A DNA stretch of 64,000 nucleotides from a virus. Its lineage: Duplodnaviria; Caudoviricetes. Within the stretch, counting starts at the first letter, position 1. Each line of letters starts with the position of its first letter. The translations under genes and the position numbers were made by a program. The DNA lies in the IMG/VR virus record IMGVR_UViG_3300030708_002798; one strand, 5' to 3'. Below are positions 41,424 to 51,470 of the stretch, piece after piece. The notes beneath the pieces are model-generated. The model had not been told where the DNA came from. It saw only the letters and a list, made by a program, of their open reading frames with translations, and ran no database searches.

Positions 41424-42356
41424 TCATTCTTCAGCAAGTTTCTGGAAGTAAGATAGAGCATCGTCTTCATCATCAGAACTTACAGTGCTCTCAAGAGATG
41501 GTTCGGGTGCAGGTTCAGACTTGAACTTAGGGGTGAAGGAGGTTTCTACCTCACCACGGTTCTCACGACGGAACTGCTCTTCTTCCTCTACAGTCTCTTG
41601 GTCTTGGAAACGAGGAGTGCCTTTGTGACCAAGAACATAATCAAGACGAGTCTTCAGTTCTTCGTAGGTCTTGAACTGATCTGCAGCAGTCAGAGCAGAT
41701 AGAGAATACTCTTTCTTCCAGATTGCTTCTAGTGCATCGTCATCATCTAGTAGAGCAGAAGGACGTGCGAACTCAGAAGAATCGTAGTTCCAGTAACCTG
41801 CAACTTTCTTGATCTTCAGTTTGAAGTCAGCACCTGCCCAGAAATCAAAAGGATTGATGGGTTCTTCATCTTCAAACTCAGGTTGCATTGCAGCCATGAT
41901 CTTGTCGAAGATCTTCTTACCAAACTTATAAAGGAATACACCACCTTCGTTGGCAGGATTTGCAGAGTCCTTGACAACATAGATGTTGGCATAGTAGGAC
42001 AGTTTACGCTTCTGCTTGCGGACGGTTTCCTTGTCTGCTTCGTTACCACTGTTCCAGAGATCACGGTTGTACTCGGAAACAGGGTCTTTACCACCGTTGG
42101 TGGTCAGGGAGTTCTCAATGTACCAACCACCAGGACCTTGGAAGGCATGGGAGTACATCTTTGCCCAAGGGAGTTCTTCACCATCGGGAGCAGGAAGGAA
42201 ACGAATGACGGCATAACCGTTACCAGACTTGTCAAGTGCTGGTTTCCAAAGACGATCATCAGTATTGCTATTGGTGTTGAGTTTTTCTACCTCTTTCACC
42301 AGTTTGGCAGTCAAGTTGCCAAGTGAAGATTGCTTCTTTAGATTTGAAAAGGACAT
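41424..42356 (-). CDS. g32: single-stranded DNA-binding protein gp32
   Basis: GNGYAVIRFLP, HAFQGPGGWYIENS, acidic tail; start set at MSF after a GAGG RBS. Confidence 0.95.
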   Translation of the reverse strand: MSFSNLKKQSSLGNLTAKLVKEVEKLNTNSNTDDRLWKPALDKSGNGYAVIRFLPAPDGEELPWAKMYSHAFQGPGGWYIENSLTTNGGKDPVSEYNRDLWNSGNEADKETVRKQKRKLSYYANIYVVKDSANPANEGGVFLYKFGKKIFDKIMAAMQPEFEDEEPINPFDFWAGADFKLKIKKVAGYWNYDSSEFARPSALLDDDDALEAIWKKEYSLSALTAADQFKTYEELKTRLDYVLGHKGTPRFQDQETVEEEEQFRRENRGEVETSFTPKFKSEPAPEPSLESTVSSDDEDDALSYFQKLAEE

Positions 42357-42400
42357 TCGGATACCTCGGTTTGTTTGTATTGTGGCTTGTGTGCTCTGCA

Positions 42401-42429
42401 AGTATAGCAGGCATTCTATTTAGTGTCAA
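42401..42429 (-). promoter_or_regulatory. sigma70-type promoter with nested late motif upstream of g32
   Basis: TTGACA-17 bp-TATACT with CTAAATA in the spacer. Confidence 0.8.
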
Positions 42430-42764
42430 TCGGTTTCCCGAGCAAGTTCTTGCTTCAGGTTTTGGACCAACTGTGTCATGTTAGCAAAAAGTGCGTTCAT
42501 GTCAACGTTTTCAGGAAGACCCATCAGAGTCGCAGAGTCCTGAATACGAGTTCTCATGAGAGCAGCATCAGAGTCATCTGACAAGGCAAGTCTCATATAG
42601 AGAATCTTTTGCTTTTCCATCAGGGTCTCTAGATCATTAATATGTCTAAGTTTTCCCTCACGATCTAGACTTGGGAATATGAATACGTTACCATATACCT
42701 TCTCTTGCAACTTGGAAATATCTTTCATTTCCTGCTGTACGAGTTCAGATTCAAAGAAACTCAT
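42426..42764 (-). CDS. conserved hypothetical protein (DUF1825-like)
   Basis: FFESELVQQE..KQK....RL.LSDD..A. Confidence 0.7.
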   Translation of the reverse strand: MSFFESELVQQEMKDISKLQEKVYGNVFIFPSLDREGKLRHINDLETLMEKQKILYMRLALSDDSDAALMRTRIQDSATLMGLPENVDMNALFANMTQLVQNLKQELARETD

Positions 42765-43411
42765 AACACTATCTCCTTAAGTATTTTTTTGTATTTAAAG
42801 ATATCGATATTTAGAAAGGGAATATACTTTTTAATTCTGAGACTAGTAAGTTCCCATACAGGGTCTTGTAAATTCTTATCGAACTGTTTCTTATAACCTA
42901 GAATTTTCTCTAGGATTACCATAGTTTCAATAGATACATCACCTGTTAGATACTTCTTAAGAAGTATTGGATGCCCTTTCTTTGTAGAGAATAATTCATC
43001 AAATTCATGATCTGAAAGAATATCACCGATTTCTTCCTTAAACATGTATGACATAGATTGATGTCTTTTCTGCCATCTTGTGTAATTTGTTTGACCAGAA
43101 CGAATTATCTCACCAATCCACAAAGTTTGTGGGTCATCACATAAAACAAAGTTAGAGACAAAAAAGTCCCTAACTTCATCATCACTCTTCTGTCTAGAAA
43201 TTTTCTCAAACCAGTACCGATCTTTCCTTTTATAGAAAGACTGAAGAGAGGCACGGGTTTTACCACAATACTTATGATAGTCATAAGAATCTTTTGTAAA
43301 GTGATTCTTTAAACCAAGATAAGTTTTATAGCAATCAAATGGAGTCATCTTCAACATAATATTTTGAAAAACCCTTCGCGTGAAAAATTTTGGGGATTTT
43401 TTTTCGACCAA
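42761..43411 (-). CDS. g59: helicase loader gp59 (true start probably near 43357/43348)
   Basis: YLGLKNHF..YDYHKY.GK..F.KRKD.Y.F. Confidence 0.85.
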   Translation of the reverse strand: MVEKKSPKFFTRRVFQNIMLKMTPFDCYKTYLGLKNHFTKDSYDYHKYCGKTRASLQSFYKRKDRYWFEKISRQKSDDEVRDFFVSNFVLCDDPQTLWIGEIIRSGQTNYTRWQKRHQSMSYMFKEEIGDILSDHEFDELFSTKKGHPILLKKYLTGDVSIETMVILEKILGYKKQFDKNLQDPVWELTSLRIKKYIPFLNIDIFKYKKILKEIVL

Positions 43412-43433
43412 AAATGGATTTAAAAGTCGATTT

Positions 43434-43727
43434 TCAAATTGAGAGTTTAGCTCTACTACTTCTCTTAAGGAAGTTTAGTTCCATTGCGTCGAACTTAATC
43501 TTTTCCTTCAACGGTTTTGATAAAAGTTTCGGAATAGATTCTACATCAATTTTATTTTCATCACAAAAGTGCATGACACTATCAATATAGTTCATGTCAG
43601 GATTTTTCATGTAGATATCTTCAATGTCTTTAGAAACTTTTGCCTGGGAAAAGAACTTACTTTCTAACTCTTTTTCAAACTCTGTGTTTTCTTTCTTTGG
43701 CATAACATCGGTAAAGATTGGTAGCAT
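43434..43727 (-). CDS. g33: late transcription co-activator gp33
   Basis: YID....C..N.I..E....L.SKPLKEKI..A..LNFL; synteny with g59/g32. Confidence 0.85.
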   Translation of the reverse strand: MLPIFTDVMPKKENTEFEKELESKFFSQAKVSKDIEDIYMKNPDMNYIDSVMHFCDENKIDVESIPKLLSKPLKEKIKFDAMELNFLKRSSRAKLSI

Positions 43728-43750
43728 ATAATTAAATCAATCATAGAAAC

Positions 43751-43779
43751 ATTATATCATTAAGACTCATATAAGTCAA
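43751..43779 (-). promoter_or_regulatory. sigma70-type promoter
   Basis: TTGACT-17 bp-TATAAT upstream of g33. Confidence 0.7.
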
Positions 43780-44447
43780 TTAAGTTTATCCTCAACAAAT
43801 TTTTTGATATACTTTACTAATAGTTTGATATATTTTTCTTTATTGTACTCTTCATATACTTCTACCTCACCATTCTCGCATGACATAATAATAACGAACT
43901 TCTTAACTGATAGACCAGTTAATTCGTGAAGCATACACGCATACGCACAGCATTGTACGAAATAGTTTTCGATCCAATCTCTTGGTTTTGGTTTCTTAGA
44001 TGTTTTAAAATCTATGATCGAAAGCTCACCGTCAAACTCTGCAATACAATCGACGGTTCCTGCAATACCTAGGTACTTACTATATAGGGACCTTTCAAGA
44101 GCGTAAATATTATTTATACGTTTCAGGTCATTCTTAGCAAGGAGATATAAGAATTCTGACAGAGGTTGAACAGAACCAGAAGGAAGTTCTTCATTCTTGA
44201 GAAAGTTTTCTACAAGAGTGTGCATGTCAGTACCACGACTTGTAGCCTTCTTGGTAATCTTGTTTGCTTCATCTTCACCAACCCTCTTCCTCCACTTAGC
44301 AAAGGTCTCTCGGTTGAAGTGACTTGTTACAGAGGTAATGGATACAAGTTTAAGGAGTTGATCCTCATCAGGAACACTATAAAACCTGACACCATCAATA
44401 GTTTCACGGGTCAGGTCAGGAAGATCGATGTCAATATGGTTAAACAT
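43776..44447 (-). CDS. PD-(D/E)XK exonuclease (Cas4/RecB-like)
   Basis: RGT.MH, AGTVDC, IIDFKTS and Q..AY motifs; start at MFNHID. Confidence 0.85.
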   Translation of the reverse strand: MFNHIDIDLPDLTRETIDGVRFYSVPDEDQLLKLVSITSVTSHFNRETFAKWRKRVGEDEANKITKKATSRGTDMHTLVENFLKNEELPSGSVQPLSEFLYLLAKNDLKRINNIYALERSLYSKYLGIAGTVDCIAEFDGELSIIDFKTSKKPKPRDWIENYFVQCCAYACMLHELTGLSVKKFVIIMSCENGEVEVYEEYNKEKYIKLLVKYIKKFVEDKLN

Positions 44448-45144
44448 TATGGAATGGGCATTGTTTTCGTGCGTTCTTATCAAATAGCATTTGATTCATA
44501 AACTTAGGATCACTGGTTAGAAGTTCTCTTCGTTTATCATACGAATCAAACAAGTTATCTGATGCATCTCTCTTAGTAAGTTTGAACTTGTCGTTCATGT
44601 TATCACTATAGAATCTAATCCTATAGAGAGGATCTCCTTTTTCAATACAAAGATCTCCTTTAGAGTCTTGAAGTTTAACTGCAAGAGATGTAGTTCTAGG
44701 ATGACTTCCTAGATTCCACCACCCACCAATAGCAATAAAGTTATTGTTCAGTGAAGTTTCTGGGTGATCTAACATCTCAAACCAGACATATTCATTATCG
44801 AAGTCTGTCCAGAAGTGAGTGTTAGGGAACTTTAGTTGAACAACTGGATGCGAATGCACCATGTCAACGGGAGAGAAATACATGACATCATCGTCATAGT
44901 AATCCTTGACTTTAGATAGAGGAACTTCAACCTCCTCTTCATCATCTACAGTATACCATACAATGTCACCGTCTATGCCCATTCTAAATGAGATTGGAGA
45001 ATACCCAATGTATGTCCTACTGAATCTATGCTTCCAGACAGGACACTCACTGTAAGTATAGTCTTTATGATGCTGCGGATTCTCTAGTTCGATTTGATTA
45101 TCATCAAAAAGTTCTAAAGGACAATAATAAATTTGGTATTGCAT
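44440..45144 (-). CDS. hypothetical protein; paralog of 45146..45844
   Basis: CPVW, GYSP, WFE.LDHP, HPR.TSLA, IEKGDPLYR, CPFH. Confidence 0.75.
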   Translation of the reverse strand: MQYQIYYCPLELFDDNQIELENPQHHKDYTYSECPVWKHRFSRTYIGYSPISFRMGIDGDIVWYTVDDEEEVEVPLSKVKDYYDDDVMYFSPVDMVHSHPVVQLKFPNTHFWTDFDNEYVWFEMLDHPETSLNNNFIAIGGWWNLGSHPRTTSLAVKLQDSKGDLCIEKGDPLYRIRFYSDNMNDKFKLTKRDASDNLFDSYDKRRELLTSDPKFMNQMLFDKNARKQCPFHNV

Positions 45145-45145
45145 A

Positions 45146-45844
45146 TCAATGATAAGGACATTGCCCTCTTAGATTTTTATCAAAGAGAACCTCTTTCATA
45201 AACTTTCGATCACCACTCATAACTTCTCTTCGTTTATCCATGGCAGTAGACATATTTTTAGATGCCTTTTTCTTCACAAGGTTTGGTTTATCATCCATAT
45301 TCTCCGTGTAAAAACGAACACGATACAGAGGATCTCCTTTTTCAATTACAATACCATCACTATCTGCTTCATACTTGATAGCAAGAGAGGTGGATCGTGG
45401 ATGGTTAGCAAGATTAAACCATCCACCAACTGTAACGAAGTTATTAGTAGCAAATGTATGTGGGTGATCTAAGAATTCAAACCATAAGTATTCTTGCTCA
45501 TATGGTGCCCAGAAGAATGAACTAATGAATACCAATTGAATGACTTGGAAATCTTCTCCCATGTCATTCATATGAAATAGAATATTCTCGTCCGAATATT
45601 CTTCGTCAACTTCGTCAAGATCAATCTCAACGATTTCTTCATCATTAATTTGATACTCGATAACGTTATCAAAGTACCTTAGTTTAAAATCCGCAGGTGA
45701 ATATCCAACAAAGGTTCGGTCAAACATGTGACCCCAAACTGGACATTGACTGTAATAAAAATCAGAATGAGAATTCTTATCTTCAAGTTCTACAGTATTC
45801 TCTTCAAAGTATTGAAAAGGACTGTAGAATACATCATATTTCAT
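45146..45844 (-). CDS. hypothetical protein; paralog of 44440..45144
   Basis: same motifs, ends CPYH. Confidence 0.75.
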   Translation of the reverse strand: MKYDVFYSPFQYFEENTVELEDKNSHSDFYYSQCPVWGHMFDRTFVGYSPADFKLRYFDNVIEYQINDEEIVEIDLDEVDEEYSDENILFHMNDMGEDFQVIQLVFISSFFWAPYEQEYLWFEFLDHPHTFATNNFVTVGGWFNLANHPRSTSLAIKYEADSDGIVIEKGDPLYRVRFYTENMDDKPNLVKKKASKNMSTAMDKRREVMSGDRKFMKEVLFDKNLRGQCPYH

Positions 45845-46602
45845 AGAATGCCTAGTTCATTTTTTGCTAGGATATATTCTCTACACAGACCAGATCGAAC
45901 AATATCATCGCAATCAAATTCTACGATATCAACCGAAGGCATCTGCCCTAGAATCTTCATGAAATCAACAATACCATTTTTCTCATTGGTTTTCACAAGG
46001 TCACTTTGACTTGCGTCACCACAGAACATGATCTTACAGTTGTCTCCAACCCGTGTGATAATACTATCAAGCTCATGATAGTTCAAGTTCTGGAATTCGT
46101 CAATAAGAAGAATAGCATTATCGAATGTTGTACCTCTGATGAATGAAGTGCTCCAAAAACTAACAGTTCCTTGGGTCTTTAGATTCCCATAGAGCATTTC
46201 AAACTCGGCATCAGATGGCATTTGGAACATGTACTTGACCATGTTCTTGTATGGGATCTGATAGAGATTAGACTTGTCTTCATGGTCTCCAGGAAGGAAA
46301 CCAATCTCACGGGTTGCTACAAGAGACCTGATCACATATACCTTTTCGTATGGTGTGAACTGGTTCAGAGCATCCTTGATGGCATGATATAGGGTGATAA
46401 AAGTCTTACCTGTACCAGCAGTTCCGTATGCAACAATATGCTTTCCTGCTTCGTATGCATCGAACAACTTCTTCTGGTTTGCAGTAAGTGGTTCAATATC
46501 TAAAAGGTGATCAGTATTGATCGGTTTCTTTCCTTTTAGTGCCTGACGATGGTACTCCGAGTTGATACCAACGTTATCGTTATTCCTTTTCCTTCTAGCC
46601 AT
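45841..46602 (-). CDS. phoH: PhoH-family ATPase
   Basis: GTAGTGKT, IGFLPG, RGTTF, IDEFQN, GDASQSD, IVRSG. Confidence 0.95.
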   Translation of the reverse strand: MARRKRNNDNVGINSEYHRQALKGKKPINTDHLLDIEPLTANQKKLFDAYEAGKHIVAYGTAGTGKTFITLYHAIKDALNQFTPYEKVYVIRSLVATREIGFLPGDHEDKSNLYQIPYKNMVKYMFQMPSDAEFEMLYGNLKTQGTVSFWSTSFIRGTTFDNAILLIDEFQNLNYHELDSIITRVGDNCKIMFCGDASQSDLVKTNEKNGIVDFMKILGQMPSVDIVEFDCDDIVRSGLCREYILAKNELGIL

Positions 46603-46603
46603 A

Positions 46604-46855
46604 TCAGATCTTTAGATTTTGTGCTCCAGGTTGTTTAGATGCTCGTTCCAGAACTTCATTCCATCCTGGTTTAGACTTGACGAGTTTGTCCTTCCATTCA
46701 CCAACTGGTTCTAAACCTAGTCCTGGTGAATTTTCAGGTGTGAAGTATCGTTCCCACTCTGGGTTATCAATCTTCCACTGATCCCAATCGTGAATACTCA
46801 TCTTCACTTCTTTAGTTTCACCAGTCTCCTTGTGTTTTACTGGATATGTTGCCAT
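46604..46855 (-). CDS. conserved hypothetical protein
   Basis: 83 aa MATYPVKHKETGE..., tightly packed upstream of phoH. Confidence 0.75.
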   Translation of the reverse strand: MATYPVKHKETGETKEVKMSIHDWDQWKIDNPEWERYFTPENSPGLGLEPVGEWKDKLVKSKPGWNEVLERASKQPGAQNLKI

Positions 46856-46878
46856 GTTTATCTCACAGTGTAGTGTAT

Positions 46879-47898
46879 TTAGAGTTTAATCCAACGTTCG
46901 TTTGCGAGAGTCCACTCAACAACTTCACGAATACGATCTCGGATGTCCTTAGGAACCCAACCCATTGCTCGCATCTTCTCACCAGACAGTGCATAACGTA
47001 GGTCATGTCCAGGACGGGCAGAATGGAAGTCAACCATCTCATACTTGAGTTCCTTGCCTTGAATGTCCGCAATGATTTGAGCAAGTTGAAGATTGTTGAG
47101 TTCTTCAGCACCAACAATATTGAACTTGGGACACTTTGCACCACCCCAAGTATAAGATTGAACATCTTTTCCTAGCAGGAATAGCAATGCATCAGCAACA
47201 TCTTCGGCATGGATATAATGTCGTGAACCAGGAATCTTTTTAGTTGGATCACTATGAATGGTGATAGTTTCACCGTCCCGAATGCGTTTGATACACATAG
47301 GAATGAACTTCTCTGGATGCTGCCGTTGTCCAAAGACATTCATTGTGTGGGTGATGTAGACGGGGAGATTATAAGTATTCTCAAAAGCAACTGCTAGTTC
47401 TTCACCACCTGCTTTGGTTGCACTGTAGGGATTGGTAGAGTTATACCGATCATTCTCCTCATAGAGAATGCCATCTGGTGCAGGACCAAAGACTTCATCA
47501 GTGCCGAAGTAAACAAACCGTTCTAGATGATCTAGACTGCGAGCATAATCAAGAATGTTGCAGGTTGCTACAACATTATCCATGACAAATTCCATGGGGT
47601 ACTCGATACTGCGATCCACATGTGAACCAGCAGCAAGGTGTAGAATATAATCTACCTTACCGATGTCAGCAGCAATTAGTGGATTGACTGCAGCTTTAAG
47701 ATCATGGAATACGATCTTAACCCGAGCACGTTCTTCTGCAGGGAAATCTTTCAGTACATCTTGAAGACGATTCAGATTACCACTGAAGTCTAGTCGATCA
47801 AGAGTTACTACTTCCCAATCAGTATTCTTTAGAATTTGTGAGATAAGGTGGTGGGCAATAAAACCTGCACCACCAGTAATCAAAGCACGTTTTGTCAT
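46879..47898 (-). CDS. NAD-dependent nucleotide-sugar dehydratase (dTDP-glucose 4,6-dehydratase-like)
   Basis: TGGAGFI, HLAA.SHVDRS, TDEVFG, YSATK, RPGHDLRY. Confidence 0.9.
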   Translation of the reverse strand: MTKRALITGGAGFIAHHLISQILKNTDWEVVTLDRLDFSGNLNRLQDVLKDFPAEERARVKIVFHDLKAAVNPLIAADIGKVDYILHLAAGSHVDRSIEYPMEFVMDNVVATCNILDYARSLDHLERFVYFGTDEVFGPAPDGILYEENDRYNSTNPYSATKAGGEELAVAFENTYNLPVYITHTMNVFGQRQHPEKFIPMCIKRIRDGETITIHSDPTKKIPGSRHYIHAEDVADALLFLLGKDVQSYTWGGAKCPKFNIVGAEELNNLQLAQIIADIQGKELKYEMVDFHSARPGHDLRYALSGEKMRAMGWVPKDIRDRIREVVEWTLANERWIKL

Positions 47899-49148
47899 TT
47901 TTTCCTCCGACTTTCGTCAGTATATCGCATTTCGTTGTGTTTAGCAACCTCAAATTCAATCTGTTTTTTCAACACAGGTGGACTTGGAGGTCTTGGTCCA
48001 AAATAAGTTGTAGTCAATGGATCTTTCATCATCGATCCAGTTTCTTTATAATAAAAATACTTTGCCGCACCATAGGACTGACATGCATCACCTGCTACAG
48101 GATCAACATAGAAGTTAATATCAGGAAAGAATTCTTGTATCACAGAATTAGCACAGATATTTAAAGCACATCCTCCAGAGAATACAATGTTTTTAACATC
48201 AGGTTTCATCTTAATGATCTGATTGATTCTCATCACAAAAATATCTTCAGTATGTTTCTGAAGTTTATATGCGATGTCCGCACGATGTTGAAAGTCACCG
48301 TAGTGTTCCATTGATGGGAAGTTATAAGTATTTACTTTCATATCACTGAAAGCAAAATTCATATCAGTTAGTCCATTATTTAAAATATAATCAGGTAACT
48401 TGGGATTGCGTTTTCCATAACCAGCAAGTCCCATAGTCTTACCACATTGTTCATTATCTTCAAATCCAAGATGTCTGGTGATCAAACCGTACAACATTCC
48501 AACATCATAGTTGGGTGTACAGTTTATGATTTCACTTTCCTGAATCTTTTTCATCCACTGATATGGTGCTTCATCTTTAACAAGAAAATCTGCAGGTTGT
48601 GGATGAGGGAGAAGAACATTCTTATAGAGTAACTCATCCTGACATGGATATGCCAAATTATAAATGGATGTTGTTTCTAAGAACATCCATTTATCCAAAT
48701 CCTCAAGTTGTTCTTGCTGATCTTCAGAGAGACCTTTGTTCATCCCAAGAATCTCAAGCAGTTGAAGCAATCTAAAATCTGCACCCCAACCATCTACAAC
48801 CAAACAAACTGCTTCATCAAAACCAGAAGCATAAAATCCAGATGTTGCATGATATAAGTGATGACGTTCCCACTCTTCTTCATACTGAACATTATTTTTA
48901 GTGATTCCAAATTTTTCTAGAGATTCTCTAGTAAAAATAAAGTCACCGTCAGTTCCATTTGTTGCAACGATCTTATCGATACCAAACTTTTCATGAAACT
49001 GACCAATCTTTTCAAAGACTTGATGCAAATGCTTGTCTTTTTTGATTGTTGTCAATCGTTCTTCTAAGATAGTTTCATATAATTTTCCATCAACAAGGAA
49101 AGTTACACCAGATTCATGTCCACTGCATGATAAAGCTACAAGATTCAT
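47895..49148 (-). CDS. carbamoyltransferase N-terminal (Kae1-like) module, copy 2
   Basis: EERL, HHLYHA, VVDGWG, GKTMGLAGYG, SGGCALN. Confidence 0.85.
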   Translation of the reverse strand: MNLVALSCSGHESGVTFLVDGKLYETILEERLTTIKKDKHLHQVFEKIGQFHEKFGIDKIVATNGTDGDFIFTRESLEKFGITKNNVQYEEEWERHHLYHATSGFYASGFDEAVCLVVDGWGADFRLLQLLEILGMNKGLSEDQQEQLEDLDKWMFLETTSIYNLAYPCQDELLYKNVLLPHPQPADFLVKDEAPYQWMKKIQESEIINCTPNYDVGMLYGLITRHLGFEDNEQCGKTMGLAGYGKRNPKLPDYILNNGLTDMNFAFSDMKVNTYNFPSMEHYGDFQHRADIAYKLQKHTEDIFVMRINQIIKMKPDVKNIVFSGGCALNICANSVIQEFFPDINFYVDPVAGDACQSYGAAKYFYYKETGSMMKDPLTTTYFGPRPPSPPVLKKQIEFEVAKHNEMRYTDESRRKK

Positions 49149-49702
49149 TTTTCAACTAGCATATTTACATCAGCAAAATAAACATAATCCATATTCGATT
49201 TACTCAGTGTTTTCAAAGCCTGCTTCACATTCTCAACCATTGCTTGTCCTGCTAGGTTAAATGATGTATTAAGAACCATAGGAACTTTAGTTTCCTTATG
49301 GAATGCTTTAATTAGATTATAGTAATTTGCGTTATCTACTTTATTAACTGTCTGAATTCTACATGTCCCATCAGCATGAGTAATTGCTGGAATGTATTTT
49401 TGTCGATCAGACTTAACTCTTAGATTAAATGTCATAAAGGGAGAACGATCTAAACCGATCATATCAAACCATTCATGAGCATGTTCTTCAAGAACAGATC
49501 CTGCAAATGGTCTGAACTCTTCTCTCTTTTTGACAGTATTGACTATTTCTTTTCCATTAGGAAGTCTGGGATCAAAAATAATAGATCTATTTCCTAATGC
49601 TCTCGGTCCTACTTCAGATCTTCCCTGATGAATAGCACCGATTTGTTTGTCAAGTATACGTTCAACAACATCTTCACAGGTTACATCATATTTTATATTC
49701 AT
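49145..49702 (-). CDS. carbamoyltransferase C-terminal (YrdC-like) module, copy 2
   Basis: GPRALGNRS, KKRE.FRPFA, H.DGTCRIQTV, LNTSFN. Confidence 0.9.
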   Translation of the reverse strand: MNIKYDVTCEDVVERILDKQIGAIHQGRSEVGPRALGNRSIIFDPRLPNGKEIVNTVKKREEFRPFAGSVLEEHAHEWFDMIGLDRSPFMTFNLRVKSDRQKYIPAITHADGTCRIQTVNKVDNANYYNLIKAFHKETKVPMVLNTSFNLAGQAMVENVKQALKTLSKSNMDYVYFADVNMLVEK

Positions 49703-50877
49703 ACACTAGGTCCGAAATAAATGTCTTTGAATGGAGTCTTTTCTTTGGATTTGGAAATCCCATACCATGCGTACTTAGCAGCACCGATTGCTGTTCCAGA
49801 ATCGTGGGGAATTGGATCAACAAAAAATTCTACATTTGGAAATTCCTTGAGATATTTATAGTTGTTCACGCAGTTCAAGAAATAACCACCAGAAAGGACA
49901 ATTTTGTTTTGTCCAGTGATGTCAATAGTCTTTTGAATTAGTTTGCAAGTATGCTTGAATGTTTCTTCCTGCAGTTTATATGCAAGTGATGCTAGGACAT
50001 AGAAATCATGTCCAGGAAGTTTAAGAGAAGTGTCTAGGTTTTCCTTTTCAATGAAATCATGAATCGCATCTTCAATTCCAGGAACTGTTACCCACTCACC
50101 TTCTCTTTCCATAAACCAATCAATGATAAGTTCTGGTTTAGTTCCTTCAAATTGTCGAGAAACTTTCATACGTTCGACAAAACTTTCCATAGTAAGTCGA
50201 TGCCCAGAAAGACCCATTACTTTTCCAGCATCACCACTATTCATTCCAAGATAAGCAACCAGTCTATTGAATAGATCTCCACAACTTAGTGAATTGGAAT
50301 AAATCTCATTCGGACTCTTCTTCCAAAAAATATTCTTCTCTTTGATTGGATCAAGAATTGAATAATGACACCAACTCTTATCCCAAAGAGGACTATCATA
50401 GTTGCAATTATAAATCGTCTCTACTTCTCGGAATGGATAGTCATACTGATTGGACGTATGTGACTCTCTATAGTCTGGATCATATGCACCACCACCATCC
50501 ATAACCAATGCTGCTGCACTGTCCCATCCAGAGGCATAGAACGCATTTGTGGCATGATATAGATGATGGTTCTGCTTATAGAATAGTGAAGTATTAAAAT
50601 CTACTCCACCCTCACCCAACTCACTGATGGTACGTCTGATCAGCATGTTATCTAAATCTTCAGGATCAGTACCATAAGAAGTAAAGATAACAAAATCTAT
50701 GTAAGTAGTATACTGACTGAGTATCTCTACTTGAGGTTCAAATGAAAGATCCTCATGATCAATATCATGATACTTTTCACCAACTAATCTTTCAGTCTCG
50801 CAATAATAAACTATCTCACCATCCTTGAGAAGACATACTGATGGTTCGTGAGATATATTTACTCCTAGAATATACAT
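49699..50877 (-). CDS. carbamoyltransferase N-terminal module, copy 1
   Basis: ETERL, HHLYHA, VMDGGG, GKVMGL, SGGYFLNC, DSGTAIGAA. Confidence 0.85.
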   Translation of the reverse strand: MYILGVNISHEPSVCLLKDGEIVYYCETERLVGEKYHDIDHEDLSFEPQVEILSQYTTYIDFVIFTSYGTDPEDLDNMLIRRTISELGEGGVDFNTSLFYKQNHHLYHATNAFYASGWDSAAALVMDGGGAYDPDYRESHTSNQYDYPFREVETIYNCNYDSPLWDKSWCHYSILDPIKEKNIFWKKSPNEIYSNSLSCGDLFNRLVAYLGMNSGDAGKVMGLSGHRLTMESFVERMKVSRQFEGTKPELIIDWFMEREGEWVTVPGIEDAIHDFIEKENLDTSLKLPGHDFYVLASLAYKLQEETFKHTCKLIQKTIDITGQNKIVLSGGYFLNCVNNYKYLKEFPNVEFFVDPIPHDSGTAIGAAKYAWYGISKSKEKTPFKDIYFGPSV

Positions 50878-50880
50878 TTA

Positions 50881-51450
50881 TTATACCTCGTTCTTTGCGT
50901 AGATTAGAGTTGCTTTTTCAGGAAGATATAGATATTCAAATTTAGAATCATCCAAAGTTTCCAAAGCATCTTCTAGAGTATGTACAATTGGATCACCAGC
51001 AAGATTAAAAGATGTATTCCCTACGATAGGAACACCAGTCAAATCATAAAATGCTTTGATTAAATTGTAGTAGTGAAGATTATCTTCTTCACTGACCGTT
51101 TGAATTCTACACGTACCATTCTTATGAACGATTGAAGAAATGATATCCTTTTTATTTTCTTTCACATCAATAGCATAAGTCATAAAAGGTGATTCTTTTA
51201 GACCTGCAGTTTCAAACCATTCATCAAACTTTTCCAGTAGCATAGAACCTGCTACTGGACGATACCATTCCCTACCCTTCATACTGTTCATCTTAATCTC
51301 AATATCCCTTTGCATGGGATTGAAAAGAAAGGATCTGTTACCCAATGCTCTTGGACCTCCCTCATCTTTTCCTTGGAAGATAGCAACAATATGGTTATGC
51401 TTTATTAGTTTCGCAACTTGGACATAACTAACGTCTCGTATTACGTTCAT
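50881..51450 (-). CDS. carbamoyltransferase C-terminal module, copy 1
   Basis: GPRALGNRS, KGREWYRP, GTCRIQTV, NTSFN. Confidence 0.9.
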   Translation of the reverse strand: MNVIRDVSYVQVAKLIKHNHIVAIFQGKDEGGPRALGNRSFLFNPMQRDIEIKMNSMKGREWYRPVAGSMLLEKFDEWFETAGLKESPFMTYAIDVKENKKDIISSIVHKNGTCRIQTVSEEDNLHYYNLIKAFYDLTGVPIVGNTSFNLAGDPIVHTLEDALETLDDSKFEYLYLPEKATLIYAKNEV

Positions 51451-51470
51451 ATGGAGATCCAGTTTATGTA

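Noticed and set aside
42357-42401. N-terminal extension of gp32 in the ORF track
   Set aside because: It starts within the -10 element; the RBS and homology point to the ATG at 42356.
43776-44447. Cas4-like nuclease as evidence of a CRISPR system
   Set aside because: No repeat-spacer array or other cas genes seen; this exonuclease is routine next to g33 in T4-like cyanophages.
46602-46880. Pho box upstream of phoH
   Set aside because: No convincing tandem direct repeat visible, and there is essentially no intergenic space.
47895-51450. Carbamoyltransferase halves as frameshifted pseudogenes
   Set aside because: Breaks fall at module boundaries, each half has its own ATG with coupling overlaps and intact motifs, and the order is C-N-C-N.
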